The notes under the pieces were generated by a model. That model saw only the letters and a program-made list of their open reading frames with translations, had not been told where the DNA came from and ran no database searches. A stretch of DNA of 61,465 nt, the filler included, from Dugesia japonica (lineage: Eukaryota), in assembly GCA_001938525.1 (NCBI GenBank). It is 5 parts of 5 records of this genome, joined end to end, with 100 filler letters (N's around TTAATTAATTAA, not from the genome) between each part and the next. Parts side by side here need not be neighbours in the genome. Positions count along the whole stretch, not along the records: positions 12,364 to 30,067 come from MQRL01596267.1; positions 30,168 to 39,334 come from MQRL01421341.1; 3 more parts are not named here. One strand, 5' to 3'. Made by a program: the position numbers and the translations under genes. Within the stretch, counting starts at the first letter, position 1. Every line of letters begins with the position of its first letter. Positions 21,241-34,750 of this stretch are shown piece after piece.

Positions 21241-24200
21241 GCAATAATCCGCTTTACGCTCAGAAAAAAAACTTATTATTATAATTTTACTTCAACAAAT
21301 AAAAGTTAACGAAAATGAGAATACTCCATCCACATTCAGTAACATTTATTTAGGCACATTTCACCCTCCATTAATGGGCGTCTAAATCTACCGTTTCATA
21401 CTAACTGAATCTCATCTCTTTTCGGCAGTAATTTCATAATAACTGCATCTCATCTCTTTCCGGCAATAATTTCATAATGTTTTGCGGAAGCTCGATCACC
21501 ATATGTAATAGTGGGCACTCGGAATATGCATAAAATAATGATTTTAAATGTGAGAATGTTAATAAAAAAAATCTATTTACTTCTTTAATATTTTGTCTTC
21601 TCCGAACGTAAATTTAACCGAGTAGCAAGTTAGCGCAAATATCGTTTTGAACTGTGATAATTTCTCGAAGAATAGTGATCGTAAAAAAATTGATTGTGAA
21701 GTGTAGAACTTTCTTGTGCAAACGAGTTTTATTCCTCGTTTGCACCACAACTTGTAACTATTCGTTGGCTCGCCAATCAGGATCTGGTTCTTGCAAAATC
21801 AAACCAAAAAAAATTTTCCTGTAAGGTTGGGAGGGGTGGGTCAGTGCGCCACTTTCTACCTATTTATTATTATTTTTATAATAATAATAATTGTGGACTC
21901 ACGAAATTTAGACCAACAAAGATCCGAATTAGCATTCAAAAACGGCAATAAAACCAGGAAGCCCCGGTTATTAAATAATCAAAATTAATTTCGAAAAAGA
22001 ATTTTATCGATAATTATTCAAAAAAAAAATAATGAAGACGATCAGAACGAATACCGAATTATTAAGAAAATAATAAGTAGTAATAATGAAATCAATATTG
22101 GTCAACGGAAAATTAAGGAAGAAATCTAAAGGTTATCTAAATAGTTAAAGTCTTATTAAAATTAAATAGAAAAATAATAAGTGTAAATTAATTAATTTAC
22201 AAGAAAAAAGGAAAATTAATTCGACGACAATTTAAAAAGGGGCATAACTTCCCTCAGGAACATCGGAGGAAAAACTGGTTATAATAAAACATGGGGAATC
22301 TATTTTGACGAAGTAGAAAATGCTATCATCTTTAGGAGGACCAGGAGAACGTTGGAAAGTTTGAGCCAATAGGAAGTCGGAAAAAGACAAAATCAAAGCC
22401 ATCTATAAATCGAAGACTTCTATAATTAAGTACCCAACCAGGAGAATGCTAAAAAATCTGAAAATCAGCTAAGGGACCAATCATAAGTCTACAAGGAAAG
22501 TTAATTTTTGGTTAACTTGTTAGTTATAAAAAAAACTTACTAATCAACTTCTAAGAATTTACGATCAACAGCATAAAAGGCTTATCTTACTCGACAAAAA
22601 TCTCTGTTAGGAACGGAATTGAAGAACATTAATTACTCCTTAAACATTGCAGAAAGAGATACATTCTATAGTGAGTGCATTTTCTGTTGATTTATTTGAT
22701 TTAATAAATGAATGTTGAATTATAATTAGCATGATTTACAAATAATGTTTTAAATAAAATTCAGATAATTCATTTCATCAACACTATAATTCACATGTAT
22801 AAAATAATAAGCATTTATTCACAGGATAGAATGATCATCACCAATTTTGGGATAATTGAATGACACATCCCATCTATTAACACTCGAATAGTGAGAATTT
22901 TAACTTTCTTGGGTGATTCAGACAGTGGTAGCATTGATTATTATCAGTAATGTGAAATCAATTAAAAATCCGTTTTGCTAATTAACAGATACACCAACAC
23001 CGGTTAATCGAAAATTTTGGCTCCATTCCATTTTCCTCAGCAAGAATATTAGGCCGTCGCTGGTGAGCAGGAAAGTGTGTTGTCATTCACCACCATGTTT
23101 AGCTTGGTTAAAGACAGTCGTATAATTGCTAAATGTGATATGAATATGACTTCTCAAATGATGAGCCAGCCCAGTGGCTTGACTTTGAGGCTATTAATTT
23201 GTTGTAAATATATATTTATAAATCATATGTTTTGTCTCCATAAATTTAAATATAAAGTGGGAAATCTCGAATTCGAATGAAAGGTGTATGAGTATACACT
23301 CCAAATAAGCGTTGGGAGTCAACGAATCTGCACTGAAGGCCTAAATCATAGACTTTAGGTTAAATTCTTCGCGGGGTCCACTGAGGGCTGTCTTTTCCCC
23401 CAGCCATATTTTTTTTGTCACCCACTCAGGTGGAACCCCAGCATAATTATTATTATTTATTTGTTATTTTTTTAATCTTAAATTTGAAGAGATTTTATTT
23501 TATAATTTGAATTATCGTGATTTAATACAATGATAAATATCTATTTTCACATATCTTGAAAAGAGTGATTTATAGCAATGTAATTATATTTAGAAGACTA
23601 AAATATTTCATAAATTATCTTACAGTTATATTTCATTGACAAAAATACATAAACGTTATAATTGTAAAAGTAAATATTTTTTCAATTTCTTATTCTTATA
23701 AAGCTATAATTTTTTTTCTGTCCTTTCTATCTTTACTTTTTTCACTTGTTTTATTTTCTGGAATTAAAAAGAAGTATTATGAGTTTTCAAAATTTATTTT
23801 TAGTATATTCACGTGTTGAAAGATTAATTGATTTGCTTAAATAATTTGCAGATTTCATAAATTATGCGGAAATAGAACGGAAATATGCAAAAAATTCCGA
23901 ACTAGTTTTGATCAGCAACGGCCCTCTTTGAAAAAAGGTTTGTTTTGGACATAATTATTGATTGTAACTTCAGAATTATTAAATTATCAAATACTGTCAA
24001 GCATTTTTTATAATGTATTGAATATAATTAAAATTAAATAAAATGAAAAATTTTCATCAACAATTTTGAAATCAAATTGTGTATCAAATCATAAAATACT
24101 TGATTAACCCTCAACCAACTGAAAGATTTTTCTAACAAATCCAGCTGACTAATGTCCAATGAGCACATGAGCATATCCAATGAAATTTTATGCCAAACCC

Positions 24201-24619
24201 CCAAAAATACATTTTTAATAATGCAATTAGTAAAATAAATAATGAAAAAAATTAATTTCCTCATTTAAGAAATATGTTATGAACAAATTTATTTATATTC
24301 TTTATTTATTTATTCTTTAATAATTAACTTAACATGATTTTCTTATTTTGCTTAATTAACCAATTGTTACTCGTTATTTTCTCTGTTCTAATAACCTCTT
24401 TTTATTAGTCCTTTCCTTCTTTGGCTTTCTTAATTTGATTTGTTTCATGCTGAAATTCTAGATTCTTCTGGTTATCACATAAGTTTTAGCTTCCTAATCC
24501 GGTTTTCTCTTTCATTATTTCTTCAACTGAATTATGTCCTTCTTGGGTCTGAATACTTCGTTTTCTTCTCAAAAGACAATCTTTGGAATTTCGAGTCTAC
24601 TTAACGCCATTTTTATAAT

Positions 24620-24960
24620 CCGTACCAGGTGTTTCACACCAAACATAAGTAATAAACAATTTATTCCGATCGTGCATTGCCGTAGCGCCGAAAGTGTAGA
24701 AAATAGCACAATTAATCCATTTGAAGCCTACTAAATCAACTTTTTGATCCTCACTTCCAAACCATCTCAATTAATGGTATTTTTCATCAGCTAACTACAG
24801 AAGAAAATTTGATTTTTTATTTTTCTATCTCTGATTAAACATAGAAACGCAATCAGTGAGCCTTGTTACTGATGTCAGTCAATTTATCAGTTTGAATAGC
24901 CCGATATTTTTCAATTTCATCTTCCACGAAATGGTCCCAAATCTGTTTAACGACATTGGT
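24620..24960 (-). mobile_element. hAT (Buster/Charlie, ZBED5-like) transposase fragment
   Basis: AIQTDKLTDISNKAH*LRF (~LQLDESTDISN.AQLL.F) and WINCAIFYTFGATAMHDRNKLFITYV (~W.NC..CTDGA.AM.G.N.GF). Confidence 0.7.
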
Positions 24961-26269
24961 AGGTTTATTTGTTTGCTTCATTTAAATCAATTAAAATAAG
25001 ACTTTCGATTCAATACTTTATTAAAACACAAATAATTCTTTAAAATTCTTCTTGCCTTTCTGAACGGAACTTCGAAAATTGCATTATGTAATTTATATTT
25101 TTATATAATAAACTAAAATAAATTTATTATATTTATTAAAAATATATTTTGCAAATATAAAACTTTTAAATTAAAATATTTAATATTTAAAAATAATTCC
25201 AATTATGAAATTATTTCAAAAAAATTAAACCGATAAAAATTTGTATTAAAAACTTTCACTAAATATTTACATTTAAAAACTTTTGCAAATTAAGATTTTT
25301 ATAAATCTCTACAATTAAATTTTAAATTTACATTTATCAATTTATACTAATAAACATCAGTTTCACTGCAAGCAAATTATTGAAGAACAAATGAAATGAC
25401 TTGCTGCGGTGTAAATTTTTTTTTTCACTTAACACCAAAAATAAGTTTTATCATTCAATTTTCAAAGGAAAACTATACAAATTTGAAATGGGAACATTTA
25501 ATATTCATTTGCAAGAAAAACTATGGAAATAATTTTTTCAGTTATTGTTTCTTGAAATTTCTTGAAATTAATTTTTTTTCTTATAATTTAAATCTTAAAT
25601 TTAAAAATTGTAGAATTCAAAATTTTATCGTGGTAAATTATGCTTTCTTTACGGCACACCAATGTGATATAGGTTTTTCAATAATATCTGATTTTGTGAA
25701 TAATATTTGATTGATTATGCAATATATTTTAAATTAAATATTTAGAAAATTAAAAGTGAATATATTAATTTTACTTATGCTTAGAAAAGTTAATTGAAAA
25801 TAATAATTGAAAAAGTAATTATTTTAAAAATTACACTTCAAAATCAAACAGAATATATTATGATGAACACTACAATTCAGAGAACGACGAATNNNNNNNN
25901 NNNNNNNNNNNNNNNNNNNNNNNNNNNNNNNNNNNNNNNNNNNNNTAGAAATGATAAAAAAAATTTAAATGGACGAAATTTAAAGTTTAAAAAATTTATT
26001 TAAACAACACTAATTTGATTACTCAACCTTTAAACATTACGTAATAAAATGTACATGAACCACAATAAAAACTTGTCTGAAACTGTTTATCCTTAATTTA
26101 TTCAAACAAATTAAAACTCTTTTTTAATTGAAAATCATTTTTCAATTTAATAAAATTTTAGAAAACACTTTTGCTTTATTATTAAATTTTCACTGAAAAC
26201 ATTTCCAAAATTTTAAATAAAATAATCATTTATTATTTAATTTTCATTTAATATTTTATTTTACTTCAG

Positions 26270-29109
26270 CCGAATTACCGATTATCCCAATCAACTTCAC
26301 AGTTCCAGATGATACAAATAAAATTAAAATTAAATATCAAAACTGTTTTTCGGTAAGTTTTTCATGTTTCTAATATGGAATTTAAATAAACTTTTATAAA
26401 TAGGAAGAAATTATTTTCACTTTCAAAGTTAGAAATGAAACAATTATCTTTTCACGAGACCTAGAGAATTACGTTTTCTTAAATGATGTTTTTACAGCTT
26501 ACAATTTAGTAAAAATGCCGATCTCGTATAATAATTTGATTTAATGATTTTTGTTACTATGATTATTGATTAATTTTAGATTATCTGTAATGCGATACAA
26601 CGTTGAAACCTTAGCAAATGTGGAGTTCAATGTTAAAAGTAAATTTTTTTATTATATTTATTTAATATTATATATTTATTATTTATTTATCATATGATAT
26701 CGTATCATACGTGTAACTCACTTAATCGTTAACTATTTAGAAACAAAATGAATAAAATTTGTTAATGTATTTTTATAATTTCTAAATGAGAAACTTTTAT
26801 CGGATATTAAGTATTTCTTCATTCTGTTCGAGTTCTATCATATCCTTCTTTTTAAAATTCGCCAATTACCCCATACTTTTAACCGAAATACTAATATGAT
26901 TACTATTAGATATTGGGCTTACTTACCAATTTTTTGAAAAATCGCACAAAAACAGGTTTGACTGTAATTTGCTACAATAAACTTAAATTTAATTTACTCA
27001 CTAAAATATACAATCACCAAAAAATATTATAAAACTTAAAAAACTAATATTCAAACAAAAATACCGAACACGCAATTATTAAAATTACAATATTATTTTA
27101 ACATTAATTACAAAAATTAATAACGAAAAACTTAAACAGTATTCTAATAACTTTACGTTGCAGTAGGGACATAGTACTGAACTACACCAACCCCCTTCGC
27201 CCTCTACCCGGGGTAGAAAAATTATTGGTGCAAAATTTGATTGGTCGAAAAAATTTTTCCGCTACTTTAAAATTTTTTAGCTTTTTAATTATTTTTTTTT
27301 TATTTATTTAAAATAATTATTTGTGGTCCCAATGAGGATTGACATGCGTTTTCAAATTCATTATTTGTAGCCCAGTGAGGACCGATATACGTGCTCACAA
27401 GCATTATTCATTTACTTAAATAATATTTTCGTTCTTTGAATTAACTAATGACCGGCGCGGACTAAAACCGCTTACAAAAAAACATTTTTTTGAAAATGAA
27501 ACGTTAAAAATGTATTTTTAAAATTAATAGTTTTACTAAATGTGTTGAAGATAAAAATTGTATCAGTTTTAAGCAAATTGCATTGTCTCATAATATTATC
27601 GGACATTACTTTAATGTCAATTTAAAAATATATCTACTTTTTGAAACATTCATTCTAAACTTAACATTAAATCAAAAAATTGATTTGAAAATTTCATAAA
27701 TTATTGATATTTATTTAAATTAAGTAAAGAAAATATTCTGACTACTTTGGAGTTTCAAATTAAATAAGAACTGTGACATATTGAAAGTAAATAAACTATA
27801 TTCCTATCTAATATTTTTATAAAAAAGAATAAAAACGAATGGCTTTGAATTGAGTAATGTCAAGAGATATGGTTTTTAAACAGTGATAATTTTATTAAAT
27901 TATGTATTTGAAATTAATTAAATATTTTTAAAAATTTTTAATTAAATATTACTAATAAATATATTAATAAATTTTATTAAAATTAATAGGACAACTGCTA
28001 TATTTATTGAACATTATAGTTATTTAAAACGCTTATTTCAAATATTCAAAAGAAAGAATAAATTGACCTAAAANNNNNNNNNNNNNNNNNNNNNNNNNNN
28101 NNNNNNNNNNNNNNNNNNNTTTGTAAAATAAATTAATTAAAGAAAATTGAATAAAGCAAAATAAATATTGGTAATGATTTTAAAGTTACAAATGTCCTTG
28201 TGTCAGTAGTTGGTTTCGGTAGCGTGATACGTTTGATTTTCTTGTAACTGCGAATCACCGCGCAGAATCATGAATGATAACCGTTGCAGTATGCGATTCC
28301 TAAACAAAGACATTTTACTACGGTTTATCTTTGAAATAAGTAAAATTTGAATATTATTTTATTAGTAATATATTTTTTCAAAATACTATATTAATTCAGC
28401 AACGAAAATAACGATTTAAATTTATTCAACCTATTAATTAATTTTCCTATGGTTTTGGTTTGTAAATAATACAGCTAATAGGAATTAATCAAATACTTTA
28501 AAGTGTTCGACTATCGCAAAATATTAATTTTAACGGTTTTTCCCAAAAAAATAACAAAATTACTGCCCATTCTTAAAACCAAACCACATTTATTTTAACA
28601 ATAGTGATCATTGAAGATTATTTCTTTAGGTTTAAATTGAAAATGAATTTTTTAATATAATATAATATAATATATATATATAATGGTAATAATAATAATA
28701 ATAATAATAATATAAAATATTGTCAATTATTCAAAAATAACTATAAATAAACTTGCATAATAAAAGAAACCAAGTACACATTACTCATATTTTACACATA
28801 GAAGATTTTGACAATTATCAATTTAACAAATTGACTTTACGGTTTAGTTTTCTCATTAACTCAATCGTAACTGATTATAATATATATTGAGTAATATTTG
28901 TTATCATTATTATTATTATTATTATTGTCATTATCATTTTTCTATTCTTTTTATAGAAGTAAAAATGGAAAACTGCTCTAAAGTTAATCAAAATTACTGC
29001 GACAATTTGTGCAGCAATAATAAAATGGTTGCGGGAACGAAATGCGAATTGAAAATTAAGAATAATACAGTGCTGATAGAAAATCGAAATATAACATGTC
29101 CAATGCCAG
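26270..29109 (+). CDS. Partial multi-exon gene, putative secreted or cell-surface glycoprotein (exons ~26270-26351, 26404-26525, 26580-26638, 28957-29109)
   Basis: The first three exons splice in phase: ELPIIPINFTVPDD..NCFS|EEIIFTFKVRNETI..MPIS|LSVMRYNVETLANVEFNVK. A phase 1-1 Cys-rich exon reads VKMENCSKVNQNYCDNLC..TKCEL..NITCPMP. N-glycosylation sequons are frequent. Confidence 0.5.
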
Positions 29110-31876
29110 GTAGATAACAAAGAAAATGATTAATATATTTGTTGATGTATTTATCGAATATTTGAAGCTGGATAATGAGTTTCCATATTTTAGATAAAAA
29201 TCCAGTGCACTTCAAGTTTGGCTGAGAGTAAATNTTGAGTGACACTTGAACAAACATTGATAAATTATTTATATAAAGATTTATTTCAAAATTCTTTAAA
29301 TTAATCAATTAGAAATTCATTTATCATTGAATATCAATAAGATGATCTCATTATTAAAAAGGTTATGATAAAATAGCAGATTTTAAAATGAGTATTAGTA
29401 AATTTCCATTATTTTTATTACAAACTTCAATCACTAAATATTGATTTTGTTTTGCGTGGTTTTGCAGTACCGTATAAAATTATTATTAATTTGTATTAAG
29501 ATTTTATATTTTTATTGAAATTTTGTTTATTATGTGTGCACAGCCTGAAAAGCACAAAAGAGTATAAATAATCTAGTAGTCTCTTTAAAATTTTATTGCT
29601 GTGCAACTGACTCTTTTGATAAGCAGCCTGCTAATAGAATTTTATGTTGTAACGCTATTTTAACATTTGTTTAAGAAAATAATAATTTTCATAGTAATGA
29701 ATTATTTGTTTTATATAGGAAATACCCATATACCCATATTTATATTTTTTCAATAGTGTTATATAATATAATATCAACTCAATCAACCTTAAAAATTCAA
29801 ATTACGCAAATTAACTAAAATAGATATTAAATTTTACCAGATAAAATGAATATTAAGTAACAAAGGTCTTTACGAATCAATCTAAAATCCTTTGTTGAGT
29901 TTAAGTACCCAACAAATAATAACCATTTAATATATATTTTAGTTAAATTATCATTACTTATTTATTTTTTACAATTACAATTATTGCGAGAATAATTGTT
30001 GGACGTAACCATTGATCTTTTATCAGATTTCATTAAAATAAAAGTTTCGCTCCAATTATTTTTTTTTNNNNNNNNNNNNNNNNNNNNNNNNNNNNNNNNN
30101 NNNNNNNNNNNTTAATTAATTAANNNNNNNNNNNNNNNNNNNNNNNNNNNNNNNNNNNNNNNNNNNNAAGTATTTAAAAATTAATATTTAGATATCTCAA
30201 TTCCTATTGGGTGAGATTATTAATTAATAATTATTTCTTCATAGCACTAATTAGACGGTTTATTGATTCTTTAATGCATGCATAGATCCTCATGAGATTA
30301 TAGATATCTGGATGCTGGTTTTATATAAATTGTAAAGAACCATAACCATATTATGTAAGTACATAAAAATCCGAGAACTAGGACATTCGATTAAGTTCTT
30401 CTGGTGCCTAAGAGGACTTAAAACTCATGGGATCCATAATAGACATGTGGAGGTAAAATAACAATTTAAACAATTTTAAAGACCCTAAGAACTCAAACAT
30501 TTTATTAGATTACTTATTAAAAAAACTTCTGCTGTCAGTTTCAAAAATGATTTTCTCATTTCAATAGTTACATCTATAAAATTAAGCCAATCACTCGATA
30601 ACAATAAAAATTTTGAAAAATTTGTATGAAAATAAATGTTTATTTTGTATAATTATAATCATCGCAATTATAATTAAAATAATTATTATATTTACAAACA
30701 AACTTAACTTATATATTTAAGTTTACCAAAACATTGTGCACAAAGTCATAAAATGTTTGGTAAACAAAATAGTTCATATATGGCAATACTTTTTGAATTT
30801 TAAAATTTAATGAAAGTTATCAGTATTATTCATTTTTAAAAATAATTAATTTACATTTTATTTTTAATTTTTTGATCATTCAAGAACCCTGAGTTGCAGC
30901 TGATAAGGACTATATCTAAATTCATCCCTGTTGTAAATTATTTAAATGATCAATCTTTAAAATTCTATGGATTTTGATTAATAAACCTTTTCTGAGTTCA
31001 GAATTTAGTCTTTTAAGATAATTGCCAATCTTCATATAAAACATTATTTGAAGCTTTTTAGCTGTTTTGTTCAGAATTGGATCATGTTTGCTATGATTTT
31101 GACTTTTCATAACAAGACAATAAGTGATAGTATATGTTTATGTTTTATCTGTTTTTCTAGGTTTTTGCTGTTTTTTTTATTTTTTAATTTTAATTTAAAT
31201 TTAAATTTTTTAATTTAAATGGGTTATAATTTGCTCTTTACTAATAGGATAAAGATAATTTCTCACTGATGTATTCGTAATTATTTCAAATTTACTGCAT
31301 TATCAAGAGTCTAAATAATGCGATTATACCTTTTGCAAAAAAAGGCTACAATTATTGCAATATGGATGTTGCGATTTCTCACGTGTCCTCACTGAATTGT
31401 AGAACTTCATTATTATATCTATTATTTGAGTCCCATTTTATTGCCTGGACGATACTATTATACTCCCACATTTTAAGTATAATTTCTTATGTGGACATTT
31501 TTTTCAAGTGTTGTGCCCATTCTTTGAGTGTATGTCGTTTGTTGATTTTTCATCTTTTTTTATTTGCATGGCGTTAGATATTTTTAATATTTTAGGGTGC
31601 GCCCACTTTTCGTATTGGACCATAACTAACTTTGATGGTTCCACGTACTTTTAAATTCTACTGTAATTATAAATTTTAATATGGCAAGAAATAGCTCACG
31701 CATTAGGAAATATTTCAATTTTTTAGAGTATATTTAAGTTATTAGATCATATTAAAATTTATCTTTAAAATTATGTAGTATATTTTTTTTTGAAATTTGA
31801 TTGAAAATATAAGATTTAATTTTCTTAAGTTATTAAAATGGATAAATATTAAAGTATATTTTTGTAAATGTTTATA

Positions 31877-31945
31877 CAATCGAACCTTTCTATAACGTCA
31901 CTCAGTTCCGGTCCCGATAGGTGACATTATATGGAGGTTTGACTG
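31877..31945. mobile_element. 69-bp palindromic Tc1/pogo-type MITE with TA TSD
   Basis: TA|CAATCGAACCTTTCTATAACGTCAC..GTGACATTATATGGAGGTTTGACTG|TA: imperfect ~25-bp TIRs flanked by TA. Confidence 0.8.
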
Positions 31946-33850
31946 TATTTATTATTTTAAAATTATTTTTATAAATATTTATTTTATTTGAAATGTGAAT
32001 AAAACTACAAGGGATTTCATTCTTTGATATCTTGAATCCTAAAAATTCTAATTGATGCGACCAAAAAATACATTTAACCATATTGATCTTCCATCCAACA
32101 GAATATATGGTGCTGATTACTTTTCGTACATGATCTTCAAAATTTTAAAATTTATTAAAAAATAATTCCACGTTTTATTGGAATCCTGGAGTTAACAACC
32201 CAAATTTTTAAAAATTTAATGCTCAGATTTCAAAATTTTTTATTCAAATAACCGGGATCAATTTTGATTTTATCAATATTTTACAGATTCTTTTTTCATC
32301 ATCAATCAGTCTTTTCAATAAATAATTTTACGCTGATCAAGGATATAATAACCTACAATAGCCAAAACTTATAAGAGGCTGGTAAAATCAAAAAANACAA
32401 GTGCCAAATAAATAGTTAATCGTAAGATTCAAAATTGTTGAATGTATATTTTAATGAAGATTCAAGTGTGAAATACAGTAGCCAAAAAAATTTAGACATA
32501 TTTCATATGTAGTAAAACGCATTAGAAGATGAAGTTAAATTATTACAAACTTATTTAATCTTACAAGGTAGAAATTTTGAAGACGATTTTTGGAAATACG
32601 TCAACTGAGAAAAATATCCAAATATCACCAAATATAGCGAATGAATATATACTTGTTTCGTATTTACATACCTGTGTAAATTGGCATTTTCCTATTTTAA
32701 ATTAACGAAGACTAAACAATGTTTTGTCCTGCTTGAATCCTATACAGATGATTCTTAATTAATATCTATGTCAGAATATATACCTAATTATGATTACTTT
32801 GTTAGAGACATGCAAACAGTCTTCCCATTATGTTAAGGTTATAAAATAAATTTTAAACTTTTCTTTATCTAAGCTAATTTAAATTAATAAACAATGCTTA
32901 TAATTACTCAAGTTATTGTAATTCCCGTGACGCGAGGTTTTGGCCAATTTAATAATTATAATAATATTAGGTTGTTAAATTAGAAATAAGCATTTATAAT
33001 TCAAATAAAATTTTATTGCTAAATACACGAAAAAATATACTAATCTACAAGATATTCTCGGACAATGTCAATGGATTCTAGCCAACGTTGACGAAGAGAA
33101 TGAATGTCACATGTTTAAGAAGTAGAAAAAATACTTTGACATGATTTCACGCCTTTCTTTATTTGAAAATTTTTTACTATTCGTGATTTTTCTTCTAGTT
33201 GATTGTGTGAGCAATTCCATCGTTTGATATTTTAGATTATCTTCAGTTAATATCAATATCCATTATTAATCATAAATGTGGTAAGAAACATGACTAATTA
33301 TACGTTATTTGATGTTTTATTATACATAAAAAACATGGTATGTTTCGATTTATGAGAATTGTCTTTTTATTTGTACATCATTTTCTTTAACGAAACTTCA
33401 TAACATATTTTTCATTTTGAGTGCATCATCATGTTTATATTTTATGTCACATTCAACTTCTCTCTTAAAATTATTTAATTGATTATTTATTGAGATTACA
33501 TAATTGACGTTACGTAATAAACTAAACTCTTTAAATAGTGGATTTTAATGATTTTTAGTTGCCTGATGATGACGGTTATTCAATCGAGAAATAATCGTAA
33601 ATAAATATTGTATTAAATGGTATTCTTTTATGTTTATGAAAAAATTGCCAATTTTTTTGAGTTTTAATCATATTATTTATTTATTATTGTCATTTATTAA
33701 CTTAAATATGCAACATTACACAATATTAATATAATAATATATCAGATTTAACAGTAATTAAGCATCAATTGTTAATAATACAAATTTATTTAATAATAAC
33801 AAAACATTAAATATTTAAAATTTTTTTAAAGATAACATACATTATATACA

Positions 33851-34397
33851 TCACTTGTAGAAATCGTTTTTTTGTTCGGGATAAATAAATATTCTAACAA
33901 AATCATATATAATTGTAACAACACCTTTATAAGAAGTTCTTGGTACACCTTCTTTAATATCAGACAATAATTTAAAAAATTCTGCTATTTTTTGGTATTC
34001 CTTCATTGAAGAATATTTCATACGAATATTTGAAGTGTAATTTATAGGTTTTAACATATCTATGATAGTTTTTTCAGAAGTGTTATAAAATATTTGTTCA
34101 GTCCACCATTTATCGAAAGCTAAATAATTAAGATAACTCAAATTTAGTTGAGTAAAATTTACATATCTTTGATTGAGAAATTGAAATTTCAAATGAGAAT
34201 CATAAAACTGAGAATTTGAAATACCATATTTACCAAAAGTAAGAGATCTTGAAATTTCTGGCCGAATACAATGACGATTTTTTCTGTTTTTATTTTTTCT
34301 CATATATTCATCCCAAAAACATTCTGACCAACCAGGTTCTACTTCTAACCACAATGATTTTAACATCATCCAACCAAGACCTCCAAAGAAATCCGTC
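33851..34397 (-). CDS. MGAT1: Alpha-1,3-mannosyl-glycoprotein 2-beta-N-acetylglucosaminyltransferase (GnT-I, GT13), terminal exon
   Basis: After the AG acceptor at 34398: TDFFGGLGWMMLKSLWLEV..W..FWDEYMR..RKNRHCIRPEISRSLTFGKYGIS..QFYDSHLKF..GVPRTSYKGVVT, all GnT-I motifs. Upstream exons not located. Confidence 0.88.
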
Positions 34398-34672
34398 CTT
34401 AATCAAATTTAAAGCAACGATAATAAAAATATAATCCGTTTAATATTTTATTACGTTAGTTTTAATTTAACAAAATATCTAAAAATTTAATTTCAATAAA
34501 ATTGAGATTATAAATCATAACTAATGAAATTTGAAATTGTACTTGTATTTCTTCCATTACAATATCAATTTAATAAAAATACTTAAATGAATATAATGGT
34601 ATATTGGAATTAGAAAAATTACAAAAATATTCAACATACTAAATATGATTTGCACTTTTTAATTGTGTGATA

Positions 34673-34750
34673 CAGTAAAACCCCGCTAAACGCGGGATAT
34701 ATGTTCCAAAAAGTTCTAGCGCTAAATAAAACAGCGTTAAACGAGGTCAT
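34673..34750 (+). mobile_element. pogo/Tigger-like TIR fragment
   Basis: TA|CAGTAAAACCCCGCTAAACGCGGGATATATGTTCC is a typical Tigger-like end. Confidence 0.5.

Larger units (their letters stand above)
12364..21861. mobile_element. Decayed Polinton/Maverick (adintovirus-like) endogenous DNA virus
   Basis: Compact, intronless, convergent gene cluster with pPolB, MCP, a GasX-like membrane protein and a fibre-like ORF. A GC-rich candidate terminus lies at ~21780-21861. The left end is cut by a spacer. Confidence 0.85.

Noticed and set aside
22200-23450. GC-richer retroelement-like stretches
   Set aside because: No motif I could assign confidently.
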